Source: Azolla caroliniana
Taxonomy: Eukaryota > Plantae > Polypodiophyta
Assembly (NCBI GenBank): GCA_043228905.1
Contig: JBHGNT010000008.1
Span: 17,670,001 to 17,734,000, forward strand
Length of the DNA stretch: 64,000 bases
Direction of reading: 5' to 3'
Positions 1-11,244 of the stretch are shown here, one piece after another. The notes under the pieces are model-generated. The model did not search any database, was not told where the DNA came from, and saw only the letters and a list, made by a program, of their open reading frames with translations. The translations under genes were made by a program, and so were the position numbers. Position 1 is the first letter of the stretch, and every line of letters begins with the position of its first letter.

Positions 1-174
1 CCGTTGCAGGTCCAAAACAGCCCGAAGCACGTTGTTGGTGATGGCTTCAGGACTAATACGTTTAGCCACAGCTTGGGCATCTGGGTGCGTGGGGGCATCG
101 ATGACCTGCATGTAACCGCCCATTCCTCGTTCCTGGAGCCAATCGCGGGTTTCTGTTGAAGCGGTAAGAGGCAT
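1..174 (-). CDS. Additional ORF 3' of the integrase, truncated by the window edge
   Basis: ATG at 174 and an open frame to position 1: MPLTASTETRDWLQERGMGGYMQVIDAPTHPDAQAVAKRISPEAITNNVLRAVLDLQR. Confidence 0.5.
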   Translation of the reverse strand, partial: MPLTASTETRDWLQERGMGGYMQVIDAPTHPDAQAVAKRISPEAITNNVLRAVLDLQR

Positions 175-797
175 GGTAGAGATGGAGACGGGGTTCGACT
201 GTGTGGAAGCATGAAGAAGAGTGATGAGGCGAGGGCGTGACACAGGAGGAACAGCAGGAAGGGGAAGTCCAGCAGAGGGGTTATGAGAGCAAAAGAGGGC
301 TTGAGAGCAAGAGCGTTTTGCGCGATGTGAGCGAGACGGGGTTTCTGAGCTTGAGATCGATGGAGATGGGGGTGATAATGAACTTCTGTGTCTGTGCTGC
401 GTTTTGGAAATGGTTTTAGTAACTTACTCCTAGGGTTTTGTGCCTGAAGCGAATCCTGAAGATTCTGAGTCGTGGGTGCCATAATAAGTGACTAGCACCA
501 CGTGTCTTGAAGGTGAGTGGGTTGCTTTTAGTGCTTTGCATGTGCTTAAATAGGTACTAAATGAGTGGTGGCGAGGGTTGCTCCTAAAATTGTGGGTGCC
601 TAGGTGGGTGGTGTAGGTGTAGCTAATCGGTGGCTAAACTCTGGTTAATCCTACCTACTACTACTTTTATTAATTTCAAGAAGGTGGGTGAGTCCTTATT
701 TAGGGGGACACATGGCCTCCTCCGTGGTGGTCTCCCGAAACTCGTTTGTGCCGTGTGGCTCGGTAAACGGGTTGGGTGGTGTAGTCCGTCGATATGG

Positions 798-1775
798 TCA
801 AAGTCGGAAACCATTGGCCCAACTTTTGACAGTGTCGCCGGCGAGTGTGCCGAGCTGGAACGTCCCGTTGAACTCGTCGATAATCCAGAATGGACCAATC
901 CACCGAAATCTTAATTTTCCCAGCATTGACCCGAGTCGTGTTTGAAAAAGAAGAACTGGTTTGCCGATGGTGAGCTCCTTCTCCAGCCCGTGTCGATGTC
1001 GATCCACGAAAGCCTTGCGTTGCCGTTGGCATTGTTCGAGCTGGGCCATACTCTCTATCCTATCTTCACCGAGTTCGAGGAGTTGTTCTAGCCGGTATTG
1101 CTTGGATTGGGCCTCGGGGAGCCGTGCTTTGACTTGAACTCGGAGGCTCGGGACTTGGAACTCGACGGGCATTACGACTTCTAACCCGAACGCCATTCGA
1201 AAGGGGGTTGATGGGATGCTTGTTTTGAAAGTCGTACGATACGCCCACAGCGCGCTCTGGAGTTTGTCATCCCAATCGGTCCTGTTTTCATTGACGATCT
1301 TCTTGAGTATGGTTTGGAGGATTTTATTGGTCGATTCCACCAAGCCGTTCGCCTGCGGGTAGTATGGTGTGCTTTTCTTGTGCACCACCGCGTAGTGGTG
1401 TGTAAGCTCACGTATTATATGGTTGATGAAGTGCCCACCTTGATCACTAACGAGCTCGATTGGGCATCCGTAACGGCACCAGAGGTGCTCGTACACGAAT
1501 TTAGCCGTGAATGCCGCCATGTTATCTCGGAGTGCCTTAGCCTCGACCCATTTGGTGCAGTAATCCGTGGCAACGATAATATACCTATTCCCTGTTCGGG
1601 CCACGGGTGGTTTGAAAGGGCCTACAAAATCCAAACCCCATTTTTGAAATGGGTTCAACGGAAGAATCGGCTGGTGTGGCATCCGTGACTGTTCCATTGG
1701 TTGCCCCAGTCGTTGGCACAAATCGCACTGCCGGCAAAACTCGTGAGCGTCTTTCTTTGTTGTCGGCCACCACAA
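798..1775 (-). CDS. Gypsy integrase (separated from pol by a frameshift)
   Basis: CDLCQR, KWGLDFVGPF, SDQGGHF, YYPQANGLVE, RWIGPF. Confidence 0.9.
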   Translation of the reverse strand: MWWPTTKKDAHEFCRQCDLCQRLGQPMEQSRMPHQPILPLNPFQKWGLDFVGPFKPPVARTGNRYIIVATDYCTKWVEAKALRDNMAAFTAKFVYEHLWCRYGCPIELVSDQGGHFINHIIRELTHHYAVVHKKSTPYYPQANGLVESTNKILQTILKKIVNENRTDWDDKLQSALWAYRTTFKTSIPSTPFRMAFGLEVVMPVEFQVPSLRVQVKARLPEAQSKQYRLEQLLELGEDRIESMAQLEQCQRQRKAFVDRHRHGLEKELTIGKPVLLFQTRLGSMLGKLRFRWIGPFWIIDEFNGTFQLGTLAGDTVKSWANGFRL

Positions 1776-1883
1776 TCCACTTTGCCAAACTTTCCTTGCC
1801 GTGGAATCCCCGGCGTAGTGCCCCCTAGCTACTCCCTGGTGGGCTTCCTGAAGAACGGCGTTCTTCTCAAATTGTCGAATCGC

Positions 1884-4706
1884 TCAGCGCCATATGCCGT
1901 CCGAGCCTTTGTGATAGAGAATGTCTGAGACGAGGCAAAAATTCCGGCTACGCACTGCTAGGCGTTTTCTCGTGTCAAGGGTCATGTGCTCGGGAGGTAC
2001 ACCGGTAGTGAGAAAATGGGTCATCTCCGTGATCCCTTCATCTCCGTTATCGTCTGGTATCGTGGTCAGGTTAAATAGGCTGGTGTCCGGTAGCTCGTCG
2101 TACATTGTTTTCGCCGGTTCTCCTGACTCAAGACGGCTCAAGTAGTCGGTGACGGCATGTTGTACCCCGGGTCGATGCTGAATCTGGAAATCAAACTCTT
2201 GTAGTAGGAGCATCCACCGAGCCAACCGTCTGGTGAGGGCTTGTTTATTGACCAAATAAAGAAGGGCCGAGTGATCCACGTGAAACGTAAATTCTCGGCC
2301 CAAGAGGTAATGCCGAAATTTATTGATGCTATAAATCATACCGAGGGCCTCCCGCTCGGTGGTGGAGTAATTCTTTTCCGCGGTTGAGAGCCGTCGGTTG
2401 GCGTAGTACATGGGCCTATACCAATTCGGGGGTGTGCATTGCATCAGGGCACTTCTGATGGCGATGTCCGAAGCATCTACGAAGACATGAAACGGTTCGG
2501 ACCAAACCGGGGACTGGACCACCGGGGCATGTGACAACATTCGTTTCAGGGTCTGATAGGCCGTGTCCTCGATTGACGTCCATTGGAAAGGAAGGTGATG
2601 GACTACCTCGTGTAAAGGTGTCGCGAAATCGGCCAGGTGTCGTATCATTCGGCTATGCCACCGGATCTGTCCCAAAAAACGGCTTAGTGCCTTAGCGTTC
2701 GAGGGTGTGGTGGCATTCAGGATTGCCTTTACTTTATCCGGGTCCATAACGATGCCTTCTTGACTGACAATGTGGCCGAGAAGGTTGCCGCTGGTGACTA
2801 AGAACGCGCATTTCGCCGGGTTTAAACTCAATCGAGCTTGGCGACATCGGTCCAGGCAGAGTCGTAACTGGGTCATGTGTTCCCGTCGATGGCCATACAC
2901 GGCGAAATCGTCGAGAAAGACTTGCATGAACACCGGGATGTAGTCATGAAAGATTTTGGTGATGATGCGCTGGAACGTAGCCGGCGTCGTTTTTAGACCG
3001 AACATCATAACTTCTGCTACAAAAACACCCCATTCCGTGACGAAAGCGGTTTTCTCCTGATCCTTCGGGTGCATTCTTATCTGGTTATAGCCGTTGAACC
3101 CGTCGAGGAAATTGTAGCATTCGTGGCCGGCTACCGTGTCGAGGACGCTATCTGTGAATGGGAGAGGGAAACCGTCGGTGACTGTTGCCGCGTTAAGCTT
3201 CCGATAGTCGACGTAGACGCGGATTTTTCCATTCTTCTTTGGGACCACTACGATCGGGCTCAACCATGTGGCCCGTTTAACAGGGCGAATGAAGCCCACT
3301 CGGAGTAGTTTGTCAATTTCCTCTTTGACTTTAGCGGCGTAGTTGGGGTTCATCCTGTAGCGCCTCTGCTGAACCGGCCGAGTGTCGGGTAAGATGTGAA
3401 TTTGATGTTGGTAGTATTGAGGATCCAGCCCCTTCATATCGGTGTAAGACCAAGCGAAAACATCCTGGTAGTCGGTGAGTAATTCTACGAGGCATGCCCG
3501 TTCTCCGGTTGGTAGATTATTGGCAATTTGTAACGTACGGGGATTCTCGTCTGAACCGAGGTTTATTGTTTCTAGGGTTGATGCTTTCACCCGTTGTAAA
3601 ATGGCAAGTTCATGTTCGAAAGCCTCCCGAGCATGACGTATCTCGGCAACTGTGGTTGCATCTGGTTCCTCCTGGGGTGGTGACTCCTTCGTGACTTCCT
3701 CGTCTTTAGATGGCTCGATGGTTGGTAAGGCATTGATTTCGAAGAGAGGGATGATCGTGGGATGATCATCTAGGAAGTCATCGACCTCCTCATCGGCCAA
3801 CCCTTCAAGCATATGGACCCCTTCCGCGTATAACGGCGAAGTGTTGAGGGCGACGGGGACTCGTTCTTCAGTGATGATGCGGACTTTTGTCTTGCCTCTT
3901 CGAAACGAGATCATGTTCCGTTGCCAATGTTGCTTGATATTCGTTGTACGCAACCATGGTCGACCTAGTAACAGTGGGTAGGTGCCTTGTGTCTCCAGTC
4001 TCAGCACGATGGCCGAGATCGTGAACATGTGGCCTCCGAGTGTGAAGTCGAGATGGCGGATTAAACCAATGGGGCGAACAGAGCGTGTGTCGGCCATCCG
4101 AAACCAAAAGGGGCATGGTTCCCATTGATTCAGGCCGAGGTTGAGACATGTTAACTCGCTAATAACGTTTACGCCGAATCCGCCATCGATGATGCATCCG
4201 TGCAGGTCTTGTCCCTTAATGATGATTCGCACGGCTGGGTTCTGAGAATCCATGAGTGGTGGACCGGTTCCTGCTTCGGTGAGGTGTATCGATGGCGTCA
4301 TGGGCTTAGTATTGGCCTGGAGTGCTGCCAGGGTATCCCAAAATCTCGGCATGAGTGGTAGCAGTTTATGTAGGGGCAGCGAGATGCGGGAGTTGGTAAG
4401 AACATCCCATAGTTGGTCGTCCTCCGACGACGTGGATGGTGCCGAGGTTTGTGGTACTTCACTGGGCCCGTCTCTCATGTCAGTTTGCATGCGTACCACA
4501 TTATTTTTATTGGCCGTGTCGATCCATTCTTTTGCTGCCTGACGTACTTCATCCTGGATTTGCCATTGAGTAGTCTGCGCTTTACTCCGGGTAGTGACCG
4601 TTTGAACATCGGCCATGATACTGTTCACCGCAGGTGCCTTGCCACGGTTGGTTGTCGGACATTGCGTGGCGTAGTGGCCTGGTTGATTACATTTAAAACA
4701 TGTCAC
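1884..4706 (-). CDS. Gypsy Pol: zinc knuckle, aspartic protease, RT, RNase H
   Basis: CFKCNQPGHYATQC; IIDGG; PIVVVPKKNGK..VDYRKLN; VFLDDF; VDAS...NYSTTEREAL. Confidence 0.92.
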   Translation of the reverse strand: MTCFKCNQPGHYATQCPTTNRGKAPAVNSIMADVQTVTTRSKAQTTQWQIQDEVRQAAKEWIDTANKNNVVRMQTDMRDGPSEVPQTSAPSTSSEDDQLWDVLTNSRISLPLHKLLPLMPRFWDTLAALQANTKPMTPSIHLTEAGTGPPLMDSQNPAVRIIIKGQDLHGCIIDGGFGVNVISELTCLNLGLNQWEPCPFWFRMADTRSVRPIGLIRHLDFTLGGHMFTISAIVLRLETQGTYPLLLGRPWLRTTNIKQHWQRNMISFRRGKTKVRIITEERVPVALNTSPLYAEGVHMLEGLADEEVDDFLDDHPTIIPLFEINALPTIEPSKDEEVTKESPPQEEPDATTVAEIRHAREAFEHELAILQRVKASTLETINLGSDENPRTLQIANNLPTGERACLVELLTDYQDVFAWSYTDMKGLDPQYYQHQIHILPDTRPVQQRRYRMNPNYAAKVKEEIDKLLRVGFIRPVKRATWLSPIVVVPKKNGKIRVYVDYRKLNAATVTDGFPLPFTDSVLDTVAGHECYNFLDGFNGYNQIRMHPKDQEKTAFVTEWGVFVAEVMMFGLKTTPATFQRIITKIFHDYIPVFMQVFLDDFAVYGHRREHMTQLRLCLDRCRQARLSLNPAKCAFLVTSGNLLGHIVSQEGIVMDPDKVKAILNATTPSNAKALSRFLGQIRWHSRMIRHLADFATPLHEVVHHLPFQWTSIEDTAYQTLKRMLSHAPVVQSPVWSEPFHVFVDASDIAIRSALMQCTPPNWYRPMYYANRRLSTAEKNYSTTEREALGMIYSINKFRHYLLGREFTFHVDHSALLYLVNKQALTRRLARWMLLLQEFDFQIQHRPGVQHAVTDYLSRLESGEPAKTMYDELPDTSLFNLTTIPDDNGDEGITEMTHFLTTGVPPEHMTLDTRKRLAVRSRNFCLVSDILYHKGSDGIWR

Positions 4707-5156
4707 GTTGGCCGAGCTACTGGTGTCCGCTCAGTCTGTGTGTGGAAGCTGTTGTTGTTGATTCTCGGTCTCGTTTGGTGGTGGGTTGTTCCGAGGTGCG
4801 TTGGAGTTGTGCTGGTCATTTTGAGGAGCGTCCTGTCGGCGGTTGTCATTAGGTCTTCTATTGTTGCGCGTATTGCGATTGTCGTTTCGCCGATCAATGC
4901 GTGAGTTCTGTCTGTCATACCGGTCATCGTGATCGTCATCATATCGAGCATAATCGTCGTGCCGGTCATCGCGACAATGATCATGGCAGTCATCACGTCA
5001 GCAGTCGTCGTCTCGGCGCCGTCGATCCGGGGATCGCAGTCGGTCGTTATCCTGGTCTCGGTAGATATATCGCTCGTCCTACCGAGAGTATGTATTTCAG
5101 GGCTCGATCTGGCAGACCGGTGCTGCTGTTGTGCGGTTCAACATATTATATTCGCA

Positions 5157-5819
5157 CTACTCGACCGTGTAAGCTCGAGACTGACAGATCGGACACTGTG
5201 GTCGGTGGGGACATTCGAGGGCCAGGTGCCCTAATCCTGAACATGCCGTGCATTGGAGGGCTTGGCGAAAGCGATTGTCCTCTTGGGGAAGAGCGTTTTG
5301 CAAGGATCTCATCGAGAAGGCCGCGTCGTGCTGGTTCCGATCGAGGGCGAGAACGCGCGCTATGACTTGTTCGATAGTATGGTTGGCGAAATTTGTAAGT
5401 GCGAGAGTCGTTCGTAGAGGCTCTCGTAAACTGGATAGGAAAGTGTCCGGTATATGTTGTGCCGAAAGTCTGTAGAGATCCTGGAACCGGATCGTGAACT
5501 GCGCGACCATTTCGTGCGGTTCCTGGCATATAGAGAAGAATTGTCGTAGCAGTTCTCGTTTAGGCACCTCGCGATGAAAAAGTTCAAGGAACTTTGTGCG
5601 CACGATTTGGAAAGTGGTGGCCTCTTCTATTTTGAGGCGAGAGTACCAGCGTGCGGCCGGTCCATCGAGGGAGAGTGTGAACTCGGCAATCTTTGAGGCA
5701 TCGATTTCAGCCGGCGTGAGGTGGTGCGTGGAGTGGTTAGCCTGCCACGTGGATATGAAGGCACGGATGTGTGACTCCGCGTCTGGTCCGTCGTTGTATC
5801 GTGGGTATGGGTACGACAT
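5157..5819 (-). CDS. Gypsy Gag (retrotrans_gag + CCHC knuckle), prematurely stopped
   Basis: LSLDGPAARWY...FLELF and CTACSGLGHLALEC motifs. Confidence 0.8.
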   Translation of the reverse strand: MSYPYPRYNDGPDAESHIRAFISTWQANHSTHHLTPAEIDASKIAEFTLSLDGPAARWYSRLKIEEATTFQIVRTKFLELFHREVPKRELLRQFFSICQEPHEMVAQFTIRFQDLYRLSAQHIPDTFLSSLREPLRTTLALTNFANHTIEQVIARVLALDRNQHDAAFSMRSLQNALPQEDNRFRQALQCTACSGLGHLALECPHRPQCPICQSRAYTVE

Positions 5820-6580
5820 GATGTCGTACTATGGGTCTTCTGATAGCACCGGAAAAGGGTTTAGTTCCGGTTGATTGACCTCCGGAGGGCTCAATGGGGG
5901 TTTTGGTGGTGAATCAACTCGTGATCGAGTGTCCGGTGGCGAGGATTGCACTGGACAAGCCTCTGATTGATCGGGAAAGGATTGGTCAGTGACCGCCGAG
6001 TCGGAAGTTCCTTCGACTAGCTCAGGGCGTCGGGCGGGTGGCCGAGACCTCGTGGTGCGAGAGGGCGCCGTAACGGCGGCTGGTGGTTACCTTCAACGAA
6101 GTTCGTTGTGCACTCACAGCTGTAACCGAGCGTGCCAAATTGTGTTACCCGTTCCTTTGGGTGAACACCTTCGATAGATTTGCGGCTATCGGTATTCAAG
6201 GGCATGGTACGTGAAGGCTCGTAATAGAGGCGTCGAGAGAGAGACAGGGCTCAGAGAGAAAACACTAGCGAGGTCTTGATAGGCGTGGGCGGCGTTGAAC
6301 TCATAGGTATGGATCAAAACACAGACTCATGGAGCAAAATGGGCACAAATCAGATATATTATTATGACAGAAAAGATTATAGAACACGGCCTATGGCCGG
6401 TGACCTTACAAGTTTATCTAGTTACGATGGACTAAGCTAGTGCTTCCGCCTATATTTTTCTTCTCTCCCTCTCTGAGGTACTAGTCCTCGTTTAAATAAC
6501 TTTTCCCCTAATACACAGTCGAGCTGTCGGTGGCCTGTGATACTCGGACTCGGCGTTTGCTAATTCCCCCGGGTGCCACA

Positions 6581-8398
6581 AGTCGATGTCCGACTCGGAA
6601 TTTTGTCCCTTCGCGAACATTGCGGTGCCGCCGTCAGTGGAGTTGAGGATGAACATCCTCCCATCTCTGCGCCCTTGCGCAATCACACAGCCTTCTTCCT
6701 CAATGAAGCACTCGAGGTGTGTAAACCGAACCTCCATCCCTTGGTCGACGATCTGTCCGACCGAGACCAAGTTTTTCGTTATTGTCGGAACGTGCAACAC
6801 GTTCATGAGTTTCCCTTTCTGCCCGACATGGCTAAGGGGAACTTCTCCGACATTCACGATCGAATGCAGAGTGTTGTCTCCTGTTGCGACTACTCCAAGT
6901 TGTATCGGTTTTTCAAGGTACGAGAACCACTCCTTATGCCTCGTCATGTGGTTTGACGCGCCAAAGTCTATGTACCACACCTCGTCCGATCTCGAGGTGC
7001 TCTGTTTCATTGAGTTTGCTTCGTGTCTCGACACGAAGGCAGACCCTTCTCCGGCTCTCCCGAAGTCTTCGGCGTAGTGCGATCGCTGCCGATTTCCCTT
7101 GTCGGTATGTCTGGAGCCGTTTCCAGAACCGGTTCTCTCCGACTCGGCGCGCTTCTTCCAGCACTCACTTTCCCTGTGGCCTTTCTTGCCACAGTACCAG
7201 CACTCCGCGATGGCCTTCCCTTGCCGGTTCTCATCGCTTCGACTCCCCTTGTTTCCGGAGGGTCCGGAGTTGTTGTCAGCATCACTTCGGTGCCTTCTTC
7301 CTTGATCTCGTCGACCGCTTCCATTGCGTACCGACTCGCCTCGTCCGCCACGACCACGGGGCCTTTCTCCCTCCGTGTACAACATCTTGCTGTCGGTGTG
7401 TGTGCTCGTCGATGCACCCGCGTGGTTCTCCTCTACCAGGAGCATCGACTGTAAGTCGAAAAAGGACGGTGTATTCTCCCGGGTACACACAGCCGTTCGG
7501 AACGCTCCGAACTTCGACGCCAAACCTCCGAGACAGATCTGGACCATCTCGCTCTCCTCGATGTTCACCCCTATGGAGGCGAGGGAGTCACAAATATCCT
7601 TGATCTTCGAGGTATAGTCCGCCACCGACAAGTCGCGTTGTCGTAGGTTGTTCAACTCCTGTCGGAGCTGAAGCTTCCTGGCTGTGGTGCTCGCGGCGAA
7701 TATCTTCTTCAGATTTTCCCACGCACCCTTCGACGTCTTTGCATCCCGAACATAGCTCAATAGCTGTTTGCCCACACACGACGCGAAGCAGTATAATACC
7801 CTGCTCGCCGATTGCTCCCACGACGGAAAGTCTCTGTGTGTCGATTCGGGTGCCACGTCATTAGCTCCTTCGACATAACTCCAGTAGCCGTGCCCGAGCA
7901 GGTACTGGTGCATCTTGTAGGACCAAGACGCGTAGTTGGTTCTGTCGAGCTTCTCTGTTGGAAGCGAGCTCGCCATGCCTCTATCCATCATTCTTCTTGT
8001 TCTTCTTCGTCAAGCTGTGTCGACTGCAGAGAGGTTCTCAACCCTCGCGCTCTGATACCATGTAAAAAGTAGCGTGCGGAAGCAAGTATAAAGACAGAAC
8101 AGAAGGGAGAACACTCAGGTTTAATGGAGAGCTTGAGCTTACACAGTATACGCGGGAGAGACCGAGAGAGTTAGAGAGAAGACACCAAAAGGATCGTGTA
8201 TTATGAAAGACAAAAAAACACAATACATATATGTGTTCAATGAACACTTTATACAAGCCCTAGAAGGACTGACTGGAGGACTAACAGTACTTCAATGCTC
8301 ATTAAGAGCTCCTACACTAACTCCCAAATATATTCCTCACGGAATATCTTTCCTAACGGCCTAACCGATCCGGCCGATGTTAAGCTTATCTCTCAACA
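6581..8398 (-). mobile_element. 5' part of a Ty1/copia element, interrupted by the gypsy element at 6580
   Basis: LTR 8061-8398 (TGTTGAGAG...TTTTTACA). PBS TGGTATCAGAGC (tRNA-iMet) at 8049-8060. Gag/PR ORF from 7991 (EKLDRTNYASW, CWYCGKKGHRESEC, WYIDFGASNHM). Confidence 0.92.
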
Positions 8399-8665
8399 GA
8401 TCAAAACACAAACTCATGGAGCAAAATGGGCACAAATAAGATATATTACTATGACAGAAAAGATTACAGAACACAGCCTATGGCCGGTGACCTTACAAGT
8501 TTATCTAGTTATGATGGACTAAGCTAGTGCTTCCGCCTATATTTTTCTTCTCTCCCTCTCTGAGGTACTGGTCCTCGTTTAAATAACTTTTCCCCTAATA
8601 CACAACCGAGCCGTCGGTGGCCTGTGATACTCGGACTCAGCGTTTGCTAATTCCCTCATTTTACA
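8399..8665 (-). repeat. Second, partial copy of the gypsy LTR (matches 6312-6569), host of the copia insertion
   Basis: About 260-bp direct repeat with scattered substitutions. Confidence 0.85.
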
Positions 8666-8769
8666 TTTCTGTCCTCTGGACAACAAGTAGATTCCACCAA
8701 CCGCATTTTATGTGGTAGTCCCTTGAGGACTTGTATATAAAACCCCCAAATCCCAAGTATGATTTGCAT

Positions 8770-8937
8770 GCAAGTATAATCTACATATGGAATTATGGCA
8801 TAAAAGGCTTGGCCACATGAGCAATAAAGGCCTTGATAAACATGTAATTTGGAGACTTTTGATGTTAAAGGCTCAAAACTTGATTTTTTGTAATGAATGC
8901 CAATATGATAAGGAAATAACGAATTCTTACTACTTGG
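8770..8937 (+). mobile_element. Copia GAG-pre-integrase fragment
   Basis: ELWHKRLGHMSNKGL...FCNECQY. Confidence 0.7.
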
Positions 8938-11244
8938 CCTCAAAATTGTTGAATGAAGTACATGGACAACATCTATATTTCGTTCATTCTTATTGGGCAG
9001 TACCAGTAAGATCAATCTAAATACAGTTTTCTTATCTTAAATTCACTTATTGCATGCATGTGTAATGTTCACTATAAATTTTATATATTTCAGTCTCCAG
9101 CTAATAGAGAATGGCAACTTGCAACATGCTACCATGGTGATGAGTTCATTGCTGCAGTAAAAAAAGGGAAACGTGCATGCTATTCAGTTCCATCTAGAGA
9201 AAAGTGGAGGTAATTGATCAAACACCATGTTGTGAGAAGATTGGAGTATCTTGCATCTACAGAGAGACGAAATGATGGACATCAGTGTTATGTATTAAAA
9301 TACAGTAGATGTTGATATGATAGCAAGCAAAATGGATGACTAAGTTCGGTAGTCTATAGAAACCAATGTGAATATTCTTTGCACTTGCCAAATGTGCAAC
9401 TTGGCATGTGTACATGACGGGAATAGTGTACTATCTTTTCTTTCCAAAAAGAAAGAGATCCATGATAAGGAGGCGAGAATTGTGTATAGAATGCTCAATG
9501 ACGGAACTAACTCATGGGGATACCTAATGACATACAGGATTGCTCATTAATAATTATGGTAGCTAATATGTATGGCAGGCTAATATTAGCCATGGGAACC
9601 CATGATATTTGAACCCATAACCTTTTGCATTGAACAAAAGAAACCATAATCTTTGTTCTGGTAGGGTTTAGGGTTGAGTTACCTGTGGACTTGAGAGATA
9701 TTATTTTCAAGCATCTCCCCTTGACTAAACAATTTCTTCAATGGAGGTAATTTGGGAGATTTTTCAGAATCTGCCATATGTATAAGTCATGTTCTCTCAT
9801 ACGTAATTTTGTAAAAATAGACCAAATATAGTAATTCCTTTCCTCTTCAAAGTATTTGGTGATCAAAATAAGTATTATGACAAATGTATGATCTAGGAAC
9901 TCGTTGAGTATGATATTGGGTTGAGGCATCATATATGGTATTTTCTTGATATTTCATCAATATAATATACCTCGGCATGTTTTTCTATGATTAATTACGC
10001 AACTTAATGAAACATTTAGACAATCAAAATGTTTTTTCATATGTCTTGTTGGAAAGATGCCTATATATATGTACGTGTGTATGTATGCATATAATTAAAA
10101 AAGTTTATTGTGTAGATATTGGTGGGATCTAGTTCTAATAGCCTCCTTTGATCTCTTTATGGAATTGGGAACCAGATTTGGATATGAATTGTTTCTAAGA
10201 GTAAAGGCTGTGAAATGTTGATATGTCACATAGAGCATTATGTTGGATGTATAAGTCCCCATTTGATAGGAGAGATTTGACACAGAACTTGTAGATGTGG
10301 TATGGTGTGTCAAGCTACGATAATATAGGTAATTGCCTCATGGTTGTGGCCTTGCTCATATCAAGCTGCTCGTAACTAAACAACATTGCTGAAATCAGGA
10401 TATTGATATAAGAAGATATGTTGTGAACCTTAGCCCTTGCGCAAATTCGATGTGGTATCATTACGAAGGATCTCGTTATGAAAAACATCATTTTCCTTCT
10501 ACTAAGACATGTTTAAGTTGGCTAAATGAAGAGTGCAAGCAAGGACAATAACACTTTAAATGTGGAAGAAGGAATATGCTAGCCATTTTAGGGACTTCCC
10601 TGACTCTGTTTAGGAAGTGTATACAATGACAATGATCCTTGTGGATGTGTACAAGCCAAGCTTTGTGGGAGAGTATATTTAAGATTTTTTGTCGATAGTG
10701 GATATGGTGTTTTGAGTTGGAGGATATTTTAAACTTGACACTTAATGGATCAACCGTATATGAATGTTTATGGCTCTAAATGGTTTTGCAAAACTAAAGA
10801 CAAGATTGTTGTGTTCATGAAACAAGTGGAATTTGAGGATGGGGAACAATGATATCACGGCCATATCTCTTATAATAAATTAAATGAAGATATATATAAT
10901 AATTGAGAATGTTTCGTCTTGCTTGTTATGATATATAGCTTATTGTTACTGGATTTTCCTGTACTTCATTGAAAACGCTCCCTTTAATGATTTGTATCAA
11001 TTAAGTGGAAGAGGACTCAATTCATTCATTTGGAAGCATTCCATTTTCTCAATATTTATGGTTTTTTCTATTTCTTTTTACATTCTCAATATTTATTCAA
11101 TTTTCACTTGTGTGAAAATGTAGGAGAATCACGACATATTTCTTCTAGGTAATTGCATGTGTTTATGTGAGATCGAATGAAAAAGGAGATCTTGCTGTCA
11201 CTAAAGGTGGTCAATATGATATGCAAAACAGTGGCAAACAGGAG
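8938..11244 (+). pseudogene. Decayed inverted copy of HisHF exons 6 (partial), 7, 9 (partial) and 10
   Basis: 8938-9005 reads [22 protein letters not shown]. 9094-9209 is exon 7 with a +1 A frameshift and HPE>HLE. Exon 8 is deleted. 11149-11244 reads [24 protein letters not shown] (CLD>CVY). Introns are retained, so this is a DNA-level duplication. Confidence 0.9.

Larger units (their letters stand above)
1..6580 (-). mobile_element. Ty3/gypsy LTR retrotransposon (non-chromovirus, Athila/Tat-related); 3' end lies outside the window
   Basis: 5' LTR 6141-6580 with imperfect TIR TGTGGCACCC...GGGTAACACA. PBS-like TGGCACGCTCGG at about 6126-6137. Domain order gag-PR-RT-RH-IN, with stops and frameshifts. 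Confidence 0.92.

Noticed and set aside
6573-7617. Numerous plus-strand ORFs opposite copia gag (likewise the minus-strand ORFs at 54394-59889)
   Set aside because: Antisense shadows of GC-rich coding frames with no recognisable motifs.
6492-7991. 499-aa ORF as a novel fusion protein
   Set aside because: Copia Gag-PR reading about 30 codons into an inserted gypsy LTR.
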